Shown piece after piece: positions 35,240 to 46,944 of a stretch of 64,000 nucleotides of DNA. Under the pieces are notes generated by a model, which saw only the letters and a list, made by a program, of their open reading frames with translations, had not been told where the DNA came from and made no database searches. A program made the position numbers and the translations under genes. This DNA comes from Psammoneis japonica. Lineage: Eukaryota. The DNA is taken from assembly GCA_008632985.1 (NCBI GenBank), contig QPGO01000087.1, forward strand, positions 124,001 to 188,000. Direction: 5' to 3'. Position 1 is the first letter of the stretch, and every line of letters starts with the position of its first letter.

Positions 35240-38212
35240 TCAGACCAAGTCCAAGATAATCATTTCAATATCACAAGGGGTAAATTTCTCAGTCTTCAAG
35301 GCAGGCTTGCGGTTCTCGTCAGGAGCGTCTTCCGGAGAAAGTTTGTTTTCGACAAACCTAAGCTGCCTCATCAACACAAGCGCGCGGTCTTGAGATTGAG
35401 TGGCTATGCTGCACTCGAGTTCCTCCTATCATGGCACAGACGAACGAGAATATGTGAGAAAGCATTTCAGAGTCAGTTGGAAACCACGAAGCAGAACTTA
35501 CTCGGAGCCGAGGATAACGGGAAATCCGAAGTTCCGTGTTCCTGGAGCGTTTGTTAGGTGGCTCGGTTTCATTTATCATGACTTCAATGTCTTCGTCATT
35601 GTCCAACTCCGAAGAAAGCCTTTTGCTATGATTAGACAATCCGACGTCAGCTGATATATCGGATGATGTATCGGCATCAAGATTGATTCGCAGAGAGGCA
35701 TTTATACTCGGGCTCCTGGGCAAAGGGCATTGAGGTGCTCTTGTCTCGACAGGTGAGGGGAGGGCTTTCTTCGGCACCGGTCCTCTGTCATTCTCACTTG
35801 CAAATTTGCTCCTGTGGCTATCATCACCAACCGGCGAGTCAAGGGACGCCGAATAGAAGTATTGCTCTAACTGATAGAAATCAGCGTCGCTGAACGGAAG
35901 AAGGCATATTTCATTGAGGACCCAACAATACTTGCTCAGCCATTGAAGGTTTCGTTTCCGTGCAGCTTCATCTGAAAGGCTAGCTAGACAAGTAGGAGAT
36001 GGTGTGGTGTCTTCTCTAACAACTGCTTCAACGACGCCAGCATCGTTCGATGATTCTTGCCCTTCTTCTTTAAGATGATCGAACGATGGTATTTCAACCG
36101 ATCCCGATACTGTCCTTTCCAAAAGCGTAGCATCCACAGGCACAAGCGGAGATGTTTCTGCCCTTTCACGCTGGTATGGCTCTATCCGGAGCGTTTCCCC
36201 GCCGGACTCTCCAAGGCTACGCAATGCAAGGTTTGAAGCAGTAACCACTGTTTTTGGGTCAGCCGGCTCGGCTTTGTGTGTACTTTCACTCTGTTGTCCT
36301 TCACTCGAGACGTTGTCAGACAGCGACTGGTCCCAATCAGTGTCGTCGCTGTCGTTCCCGCGTCCTTGAAGTTCGTTCCTGTTGCCTGGTCCTGGTTGCT
36401 GTTTGCGCCAACATCGCCACATCAATCGAACAAAACCTAGAATCTGATCATTTCTCCAATCTTGAAGCTCTTTCGGTAAGCCAAGTGTAACCGCGATGGC
36501 TAGAAAACGAAAGATGATGTTAGGGCACAACATGTCCAACAAGACGTACGGAATAGAAGGAACCTCTTACCTCCGAGTTCAAATCCAGTCAATACGCGCA
36601 ATGAAGCATAACGGTTCGACACAATGCCAGCAACAATGTGCCGCTGCGCTGCATAGCCTATTGAACAGCTATCCACGTGAAATGATCTCAAGGAGTGGTT
36701 GTAAGCAAGAGCATAACAAACAGCCTTCGACGCGGCGGCATCCAACGGAATACCAGATAGAACCAGTGACTGCAACGACGAGTTCTCCGAAAGACTCTTC
36801 ATCAACGCCTTCACCCCCAATGAACCTACTCTGTTGAAACTGATGTCCAGTATCTCCAGATTTATGGAGGTGAGGACGACTGCTGCCAGTTGGGCGCCAC
36901 GATCGCCAAGTCGATTGTGATCGAGACTCGTCACGCGTAATGTTTTGGAACCCCAAACTGCATTCATGAGACATTCAACTCCAAGACATGAAATCTGGTT
37001 GAACGAGAGCTTCAAAACCTCCAAAGGCAAGTCCTTGTTCTGTCCCAGCGACTGTGAAAGTAACGCCATGTCACTGTCGTTGATACCATTGTTTGATAGG
37101 CACAATACGCGAAGTGAGAAGTTACTGAGTAACATGTTGGAAACCGAAAGAAATCCCAGTGACCCCATGCCTGTCGACGTAAGATGAAGCTCTTCGACTG
37201 TACCAGTGATGGCAATAGTCCTTTCATCGCCAGAAGACAAAGCGAGTTGTCGCCGTCCCTCCCCTTCTGTGATTGCTCGCGTCAAGGCTTTCGCGCCGAC
37301 TACTCCTATACTATTTGCAGTCAGATGGAGAGACTTCAAACCGCTGCCGTGCAGAATCGCTCCCGCAAGGGATAGTGCACCCTTCTCTTGCACCTTGTTA
37401 CCGGTTAAGCAAAGGGTATGTAAGACGAAATTCCCAGCCACAGCGTGAAGTGCCAGTGCCGCGCAACCCTCATCTCCTATCCCGTTGAATCCCAAGTCAA
37501 GTAGCGACAAACAAGAATGATGTTGCTGTTCACGAACAAACGCCGAGGCAATCACAGCCGTCCCTTCGTCTCTGAAATTGTTGTACCCCAGTTTAAGGAC
37601 TGACAGATGGGGGTTCTGGTGCATTGCCTCTCGAATCAGGCCTGCGTCATTGACAGTAAGTCTCCGTCTCGAGAAATTTATCTTCGGTGAACAGGTTTCG
37701 CATGGCGTTGAGATACGAGCTTAAGAACAAGAACTTAGACACAGTTTAACGATTTCTCTTACCATTGTCAGATTTCCACGCGCAGACACAGCAGTGAGTC
37801 GCTTCAGTAGTGATTCGTTACCCAATTGAGCCATAGATATAAACTCCCTCACGCATGGAGGTTGCTTCTGAATCTCGTGCTGGGGCACAGAAGGACTCTC
37901 CACCTTTTCCACAGTAGAAGAGCCCTGTGCCGTTTCGGTCGTTATAGTTCTTCTTTCCATGGACTTTCCCTCCGTTGCTAAAGACCACGAGGACCCTCGC
38001 TTTCTCATGAGCGGCGGGGACGGGACGGCGGTGCGTTCGCAAGTCCCCTCGCTGCTTTCTGTTGCATCACTCACGATTGGAGCAGGAACCGGCGTCGGGG
38101 CCGGGGCCTTATCTATCGTCTTCGTTCTTTCAGTTCGACGCGTATGGCTTTTTTTGCCTAATACCGTACTGGGATGGATATTGACGTCGCCGACGGATGC
38201 TGACATGTCCAT
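35240..38212 (-). CDS. RNI-like leucine-rich-repeat protein (NLRC3/RanGAP-type LRRs), 4 exons
   Basis: Repeats such as LKLGYNNFRDEG, LDLGFNGIGDEG, LCLSNNGINDSD; exons about 38212-37763, 37681-36571, 36499-35502 and 35425-35240 join in frame at GT-AG sites. Confidence 0.82.
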
Positions 38213-39013
38213 TGAATTGCTTGTATTTCACGACTAGAGCGTAAAGGCAAAATTGAGTTTCTCCGCTACACTTGGCGAGTTCGATCCATTGAACGCGAGA
38301 CTTTCAGCAAACGTACACTTGATCTTCAGTACGCTATGAAGGAAGGGATTCAGGGATGTACATAAACTTCTCCCAGAATTGTTGTTGACAACACCGATGC
38401 ATTAATGCTCGGATGATGTCTCTTGTGCCTTGCTTGTGCTGGTTGCTGGGGGTTGCAAACCAAGACCACGCGCGACGATGCGATGAATGATGGATGGGCG
38501 ATAACATACCACAAGAAGTGACGTAGGTTGCCCGGTCGCCATGACGTGTCCTACTTGTGTGGCACTTTGCATGCGTGGACTTCTACGTGAACTCCCTACA
38601 AAACTAACCTTATAAGTGACATTTTTTTGACATTATTAAGACACGTATATGTAACTTGAACTTCAAGTTGCGCAAGCTTTAGTATCACTTAAAGGGTATT
38701 AAAGTTCAATGTAGGTTAAATAACCGTTAACTGAACTTGAACTAGAATTGAAACTTCAATACGTCTGTGCTGTGCCGTCATTTTCAATTTCACTTGGTAC
38801 GTACCGGTACTGTAGACGCGGATCATTGCGACTAGAGTAGGCCGAAGAGTACCGTAGGAGAAAGTGATTTAGAGAAAATCCGAAAAACAACTGACGTCAA
38901 GCGTCGATATCGGGGTGGATCTGGCAATGAGGATGCTCGCCTGTTTGTGTTGGAGATTTCCAATCGATCCAGACCGACCTAACATGACATATAAAAATGG
39001 TAATTTTGCAAAT

Positions 39014-40444
39014 CTAAAGAGAAAACGGGCACTCAATTTCTTTGTCATCAACCAAATCCTTCAGCCCTTCTCCTGCGAAACTAGTGAGCGGAGAAATCTC
39101 GCAAGAGTCGCTTTCTAAATCACCCTCTAGCTTGCCTCCAGCATTTGTAACCCACTGTTTTGCCATGGTAGACATCATTGCCCGAGCCGTGTCTGGACTA
39201 TCCGAGGCAGACCCAGGAGCGTTTTTGACGGGAGCAAACTCCTCCTCGCGCGTCACCTCCAACACACCCATATTTGTAGACAACGGAAACACATCAAAGA
39301 TGAAGGTTTCGAGTTTGATTCCATTGTTGGATGTGGGGGTTTCTGTTTGTCCCGTGGACTCGTCGTAGTAAGGGATCTTCTTGTGCGCCACATGGTACAT
39401 GTTTTCCATGTTGGGTAGCACCACCTTTACTAAGAAATCAAGCGTATAAAAGTGGTTGCAAATGTTGGCTGCGCCAAAGACGAGTCGACCCGTCTCATCT
39501 TTTTGCTCTGCCATTTCAGTCGTAATGTCCGAGTATTCCACAATGCACGGATTGCCTTCCTTGTTACAAGCCATGACGCCTACCTTTTCGTGTGCGTGTG
39601 CCTTCCACAAGACCTTGTTTCCACAGTCGGCGCCCTGCGACAAACAGTAGCCGACAAAGACAGGATCCGCGGGCCGTACGAGGGCATTGTCAATGCTAAA
39701 GACGTGTAAGTAACGGATCCCGCGTTGCTCCATATCGTCAAGAGTACCGGATCTCTGAAGAGATCCATAAATACCACCATTTCCGTCTGGAGCCATTGCG
39801 ACCTTGGAAGCAGACTCCATGATGATTTTGCCAGCGGGAGTAAGACATGGCAGCATGCCTTGTTGAAAGCATTTTACAGAATCTTTTGGTAATCCAAAAT
39901 ATGAGTTAGACTCAAAGAATTCCACAGTTTCGTCATGGTTGAGAGGCGAAGTCATGATGTACCACGGAATATTTGCCCCAGTGCCTTCTTCAGCGGACGC
40001 CAATTGCAAAAGTCGTGTGATGCGCTCCGCAATGAGCTGAAACAACGACTTTTTACTCTGCAGTCCGATATCATACATGCCCTTTGGTCCGTTAAACCCG
40101 AGACGCGTTCCTTGGCCACCTGCCAACACGACTGCTGCAACCTCTCCGTTTCGAATAGCTTCCAGCCCGGCTTTATACGACGACGACAATACATTGTTGT
40201 TGCTGGTGCTCATGACTTTGTTTTGAAAGGGCCCAATATCGCTAGCGTTAGAAACGTTCTTCTGATCCTCAAGAGCCGCCTGCAACAAGGTGGAAAGATT
40301 CTCAACAGGAATGCCGTTCAATTCACTCAGCAACAATGACTTTTCTGCAGCAGAAAGACTCGCAACGTGATCAAAGACATGGCCTTGTCCCGCCGCCTCA
40401 AATCTTGATCGGATCTTTTCTTCGTTGACGCCATCCGCAGTCAT
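39014..40444 (-). CDS. UAP1: UDP-N-acetylglucosamine pyrophosphorylase
   Basis: LAGGQGTRLG...PKG, APDGNGG, HEKVGV, VEYSD, NICNH, KLETFIFDVF, EFAPVKNA. Confidence 0.95.
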   Translation of the reverse strand: MTADGVNEEKIRSRFEAAGQGHVFDHVASLSAAEKSLLLSELNGIPVENLSTLLQAALEDQKNVSNASDIGPFQNKVMSTSNNNVLSSSYKAGLEAIRNGEVAAVVLAGGQGTRLGFNGPKGMYDIGLQSKKSLFQLIAERITRLLQLASAEEGTGANIPWYIMTSPLNHDETVEFFESNSYFGLPKDSVKCFQQGMLPCLTPAGKIIMESASKVAMAPDGNGGIYGSLQRSGTLDDMEQRGIRYLHVFSIDNALVRPADPVFVGYCLSQGADCGNKVLWKAHAHEKVGVMACNKEGNPCIVEYSDITTEMAEQKDETGRLVFGAANICNHFYTLDFLVKVVLPNMENMYHVAHKKIPYYDESTGQTETPTSNNGIKLETFIFDVFPLSTNMGVLEVTREEEFAPVKNAPGSASDSPDTARAMMSTMAKQWVTNAGGKLEGDLESDSCEISPLTSFAGEGLKDLVDDKEIECPFSL

Positions 40445-40760
40445 GATTCTTTTGTCGTCTGTTTTGATGCCTATAATACTCTGTATGCTATGGTTGCAAA
40501 TTGCAATGGTAGTGGCAGCGATACAACAGCGCAGCAAACAAAATGCAGGTCTTGGACGATTGTTGGGGCGGCGGAGTGCGACTCGGAGTCGCAGTTTTAG
40601 TCACGAACACGATTGACGAAGAGACCCGGATTTTGTGTCGTTCGTCCGTTCGTCCGCCCGCAATAAAGCACAACAATGGCGGCTTCTTGCGCCGTGTTGC
40701 ACCCCCCTCTTTCCCTTCTTCCTTTTACAGCGCAGCCACAACCTCCCTCTGCCAATCATA

Positions 40761-41054
40761 ATGTCTCCCACACCCGCTACAAGAGCCAGAGCATTGTCTC
40801 TATATCGACAACTCCTGCGAGGAGCCATGAAAATGCCCACGCCCAACCGACAGAATTTTGTGGTGAAAAAGACTCGGATGGAATACCGAGCAAACCTAGG
40901 CCTGACGGACCCTGAACAAATTGAGTTTCATCTTCGACTCGCCGATACCAATCTCGATACTGTCCTTGTCCAAGCAGAGCATCTTAGCAAACTCTACAGC
41001 GATGCAGAATACCAAGGCGAAGGCCGGCATCCCATCCTTGGTGGCAAGAGGTAG
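40761..41054 (+). CDS. LYR-motif (Complex1_LYR) small mitochondrial protein
   Basis: ALSLYRQLLRGA...TRMEYRAN..LTDPEQI; transcribed divergently from UAP1. Confidence 0.8.
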   Translation: MSPTPATRARALSLYRQLLRGAMKMPTPNRQNFVVKKTRMEYRANLGLTDPEQIEFHLRLADTNLDTVLVQAEHLSKLYSDAEYQGEGRHPILGGKR

Positions 41055-41441
41055 CGTGTTTTGCATAATGAAGAGCTGCATAAGGAATGTGAATTTAGAG
41101 CCATTGAATGGCATGGAACTGTGCAAAATACAATATGACGAAAAACGATGTACTATTACTACCAACAGACAGAAAATTAGTGAGAAGGAACATGCATTTG
41201 ATACACCGTGACTAGCTAGGACGAAACCATCGTTTATATATGCATACCGTACTTTTTCAATTCAAAGAAGAGCTAACATGGAATCTGTTTACTCTGTTCG
41301 TTGATTGTGAAAACATTAACGTTCTTTCTAATGAAGATATTATTAAAAATAGTGTGATGTGTATATTCCCTGACGCGAGTGATACAAAGGAATCCATGTA
41401 TATATTATGCAAGCCCGCGCACGCAACAACAACTCCCCATT

Positions 41442-43266
41442 TTAGTCGCTTCCGCTTTCACTGACACAACTGTCGTCGTCGCTTATTTGTGTCGCTCGTC
41501 GCACACCCCGGCTACCACCTACGACACCCATTCGGATACCTTGCTTGTTGTGAGAAACCGAGTCGTCGGAAGATCCGTTGCTAATGACGCTCTGGTGCGG
41601 TTGGATGGCGCTACGAATAAGCTGTTCGGCAGACGAGGACGAATCGCTGCTTGAACTGGATTGAGAGTGATGCAGTGTTTTCTGGTTGTTGCTACTGCTG
41701 ACACTCTCGCTTCTTAAAGCAACCTGTTTGGCATTTTGGTTCTCGTCGCGTGGACGAATGCTGCAGACGCACTCGGGTGAGTCCTTGGAGAAGTGCACCA
41801 CTCCATTGAGTGTGACAACCTTGTGACTCCCATCCTTGTCGACAAGTCGAAGCTCCCAAACACCCGAGCCAAGAGGAGCCGTCGCCATGTCGTTTTGCCG
41901 TGCCGCCAGAGCATCCATGAAGGCAGCCTTGAGGAGACGAACGCTCTCGTCGCAGAGACGATCCCAAAAGGAGTTTCCCTCGAGTTCTTGAGGTTTAAAA
42001 CTAATGAGTCTCGAAACCGACTCGGACACGAACCACATTTTTCCGGCCGAGTCAAACACAACAATCATGTCGGGTATGGAACGGAGAATCTGTTCCTTCC
42101 GGCGCAGTTCGTCGTTTTCTTCCTTGAGTTCTTCGATAAAGAGCTTTTTGCGTTTGCGACTGAGTTGTGCCGAACGGCGATTGGCGGCGCGTTTAAGCTG
42201 CTTCTTGTCGTCGGCCGATGTGACCGGAGAAGAAGATGGCTGTGCGGCTGTCGTGACGGTCTTTTGCGGTGCAATGTCTGGCTGTTGTGGTTTTAATGGA
42301 ACAATAGTATTATTGTTTCCAGTGACAGAAGTGCTTGTAGGACCTGGTTGTGCTTGTGGAGTTGCAAGCATCATGGACGAAGTAGGGATGCTAGGCACAG
42401 ATGGGACTTGAGATGGCGGTGCTGGGGGGTGCATGCCTCCTGAAGCTTCGGGGGCTGTGGAAGCCGATGGGGCGCTCGATGCCGGTGGTCCCGGTATGAT
42501 CTTTTGCATGGAATGCACAGCTGCATGTGGAGCTATTTGTTGCTCCTGGGTTGTTGCAATAGCGGGAGCGTCTGTATTTAGAATCAGCGGTGATGACAAG
42601 AAACCGTTAGTACACACGAGTCGATAAAACGTATGTGTAAAGAAGCAACAGACGATAAAACTTGCTTCCCACATAACAAGAAGCACAAGGCACATTGATT
42701 GCTCCAAGAAAAAGCGAACACTCACCACGCTTCACCTCTGCAGGTTGTCCACTCAAAACTAGAGCAGCAGCAGCGGCTGCGGCTGCATTGGTAGGGTCTA
42801 CCAATTGTCCAACAGATGCTGTAGAGTTTTGATTACCTGCGATCTGAGCTTGTGCGACAGCTGCAGCTTGTGCTTGAAAATACTGAATATACGCGAGTTG
42901 TTGCATCGCGTTGAAGGCGGATGCGTCTACTCCTCCCGTGTTTGGCATTCTCGGATTCGCCGACAACAGGGCTGCTGCAGGTGTGTTGGCAAACGATGCT
43001 GCATTTGCAACAGCATGCTCCCATGTATGCTGACCCTTGGCGGTGTTGTTGTTGCTTTCTGGAAACCGGGACAACAACTGTCCCGTAGATCCCGGTATAT
43101 TTCCTACGTGGCTCGCAGGAGGAGTTGCACTTTCTGGGGCGGGAGATTGTGTTGGTCCATTGCTTCCACCAGCGGTCTCGTTACCGCTCACCTGGGCTTT
43201 TGTTGCTCCACCGCAGAGTTCGGCCAAAGCGTCAAGACCTTGGCTCCCTTTCATTGGCTCTGTCAT
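41442..43266 (-). CDS. bZIP-PAS transcription factor, 2 exons (43266-42726, 42571-41442)
   Basis: Basic region KRAANRRSAQLSRKRKK plus zipper, then PAS-like ILRSIPDMIVVFDSAGKMWFVSESV...CVCSIRP; GTGAGT...TACAG intron. Confidence 0.88.
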
Positions 43267-46200
43267 TGAGATTCAATGTGCTTTTCTCGGCACCGCTCTT
43301 TGTGAGATGTGCAAAAAAAACAACGAGGCAATGGTGGTTTTTCCTTCATTTTTTGTACTTATGGAACAGTGGGAGGAGGTGGCAAACTTATTTAACGTAA
43401 CAGATGTTTCATCGCGTCACAACTGCAAATTGCGACATCATCTTGACATATCCAAAAACTCAACATAAGTGACGTGACGATACACATCGATAGTCACGTA
43501 GCGTCACCCAATCAGGCGAAGAAAAACAGATGTTTGCCGTCAACGGGTGGTGCAACGAACACCTCATCCACCAGTGGTGTTCGGATATGACGTTGTACTT
43601 AGGGATGATTGTTATTGTCATGTTCGTTGCTATATTTTTTATAGCATGTGTCAGATGACCCGCAATCTGCTGACATGGCAACTCGAAGCCCCGAAGGCAA
43701 CCAGAACACGACATCAGCAGGTGAGAAGCTGTTGGTGCCACAACATTCAGGCTGCCAGTGAAGGAGGTGCTGCAAGAGCTGGCGACTGCTTTCGCAGTTG
43801 ATGCGGCGGTTGAACGAGAGAGCAGGTTTTTTGCAAAAAGGGGCGATGCTCTTGGTGTGACAGAGACAAGTCAGAGGTTGCGGCAGATGTGCCAGCTTGA
43901 GCCAACACAAAAGGAAGTCGAGACATGCTGTTGGCAAACTGCTTTCTGGAACACATGTTCTGGAGATTCTTGGGGGATGGATCTCCTCCCTTTGACCTTG
44001 CCGAGTGCACTGTTGGCAACTGCCTGACCTGCAAATCAGAAAACAGGTGAAACAGTTGCCACTTTTGAGGGGGCAGCTGGCTGGAGCAGAAGTCACGCTG
44101 GCGCCAATGGAGGAGACATGACAACCCAATGACCAAAATGCAGCTTCTTCTAAAACCAAAGCAAGGAGGTGAGCACCTGAGCTTGACAACATCGTGTGTG
44201 CACATGCACGCCTCTCTCCAACCAGCGCTGCTTTTCCCATGTGCTGGTGTCTCACGCAGCTCTTCAGCTCCCAGCTTTTTTGGAAAAAGAAGTGGCAAAC
44301 TGGAGAGCCAAAGAGAGCAGGCACCCAGTTCAAAGAGGGGTTTGCCAGAGCCACAGGGAAACAAATGACTTGGCTGGGTGCATTTTTGATCACAACAGAA
44401 TGCTGCAAGCACCGAGCACAGCTGTTGTGGCCAGAAATGTGGCAAGAGAAATGGAGAGCATCCATTTGGCCAAGGCAGTGCAAGAAGAACAACAACAGCA
44501 GAACTTCCATGCTTTGCATCAATGCCTGCCATTTGCAAGAGGTTGGGCAAGCCAGTGATGCCATGTCCACAGATGGAGCAACAACAGGTGCCCCTTCTGT
44601 CCCTTGTGAAGAGGCAAAAAAGCCAAGCTGAGCAGAGAGCCGCTGCTGGCAGCTTTGAAAAATTTCTTCAACATGTTTTGTTGATGCAAAGGACCAAAGA
44701 TTTCAGAAGACAAGAGCTGTGTGGACTTGGTGCTTGTTGCACTCTCACAGGCAATGACACAAAAGAGAGAGCTGAGGCTTGGGAGGAGGATGCAAAGAGT
44801 GGCTGGGTGGCTCATTGGCGCCTGCAGTGGTGCACATTGGAACTTCAAGCAGATCTTGAAGACATCGTGGGCAAGGTGCAATGGGGGTTCAGGTGGCACA
44901 TCATCATTGCACTGCAGCAGCCAATGGACACAATTCAAAATTGCAGCATGTGCCACTGGGTCTGCTGTTCAAACTGTGCCAGTCTGGTGCGCCGTGAGTG
45001 CAGCTGTCAGCAGAGATTGTGCATGACAGCCCAGCGGCTTCACAGCAACAAAGCAAGCCAAATTGATGATGTTGATGAGCACAAGTTCTTGACTCCCCCC
45101 ATTTGGTTGCATGTGCTGGATGGGCAGCAAATGTGTGATGAGCACCATGCAAGACATCTCTTTGCTTCAAATGCCAAGCCTCTTGACCAACTCACTGGCA
45201 GGGGCAGGAGCCATGCTTCTCCAGAAGCAAAACCCAAGGGAGCCATCACCCAAGCAGAAGAATGCCCTGGAGAAAAAAAAAACAGAAACACAGCCCAGCA
45301 GTGCAGAAGGCTTGGCAAAGCCACACAAGGCATGCATGTGGCCTGTGTTGCAAGTGCTCTGCATCCTGATGGAATGCACTTCTGCTCATGCCCCAGGTGT
45401 GCCACTCTGCTGACAAAGAATCTCTTGCCCTGTGCAATCAAGTGAGGTTCAAATGGCACCAAAGTGCCATTTCCAAGTGACTGCTTGCTTGCCTGGGTCA
45501 GAGCTGGGTGCAGGAGAAGACTTCCAGCACAAGGAGTGCAAGCCAGAGCGTGCTGCACAGGCACACCATGTGGGGCTTTTCTTTGTCATCTTGAGAATCA
45601 CTGGCAGCCCCTGTTCTCTGGTGTGCCTCAACCCATGTGCCTCAGCTTGAACTCCACAACCTCAATCAAAAAAGGGTGCCAGTTCTCAACGACATTCTAC
45701 AACATGTGATGGAGCCCTTCAAGATGTTCAAAAGAGATTGCACTCTCTTGGCATGTGTGGCAAAACAAGAAACAACGAACCAGCACACAGCTTTGTGACA
45801 GCACATTGAAAGTGTGGATGGGGTGCAGTGTTCTCAGGGCATGCAAGGAGCACTTGCTGACAGCAAAGCAGGGGGGCATGTTGACCAGGGTCATTGTGAC
45901 CAAAACCATGTGTGAGCATGGCCTGACAAAATGACTGATGACACGTTTGCCAAAAAGACTGGGATGGTTGAAGTCAAATGCTGCCTTGCAAGCTCAGAGA
46001 TTGAGAGCACTGATGACAGAACCCATGGGGATGACAGCATCAGCGTGCAAAAAGAAGAGTGCGCTTCCAGTTCAGGGCACTCAAAAACAGCCCACATTCT
46101 TGTCAAGGACAAGGCAAATGAATTTGCAGAGCATTTCTGGTTGGTCAAGATGGACAGGCAAGCAAAGTTAACTGCTGGATGATGCACCTCATGAGCACAA

Positions 46201-46944
46201 GAGTGCAGTGCACACATCTGGTGACTTCTCTTCAGCAACACATTCAATGCAAAAACATGACATCTGACGTGCTCTTGTCCAGAATCTTGCAATCGTGACA
46301 TTGTTGCACATGTTTTGTTCAACCCAAAAACTGTTTCCAGGGAAATGACAATGGAGCACTTGTGGGGACTGGAAAGTGGCTGGAAAGGGCCAAGAGATTG
46401 ACTGAGCAGCACCACACAAAAGCTTTGTGCTCTTTGCAATGGGCAAAGAAGTGGGCAGTGCTGCCTGTGACCACATGTTGCAATGCAAGATGACATTGTG
46501 CCTTTCCTGAAACATGGAGGGCTTCATGATGTGAGCAAAGATGGAGTGTTCTGGAACAAAAAAGAAGAGTGTCTGGCAGCACCATGGGCTGTGGTGGCTC
46601 AACAGATGGATTTCAGGGCTGTGCAGGGCCTGTGGGGCTGCCGTTTCCTTTGCTTTGTGCTTTTCATCAGTGGAGAAGAGGTGGATCATTTGCTGCACAA
46701 CACCAGGGGTGCTGGGCATTTCATGAGTGCCAAACCTTTTTCCAGCGTGCGCTGGAGCAGAGTTCTGAGACACTCATTTTTCCAGGGAGAGTCACAGAAA
46801 ATGTGTGTGCAGCGGGCAAACTCATGCCCCAAAAGGAAATGTCAAGTGTTTTGCTGGCAACAACTCTGCAGCCCAGGAGTGCAGGCCCTTGTCTGTCCTC
46901 ATTTGGCTGTCAGCCAGCCATCGCCTCTTGGAAGCCACACAACA

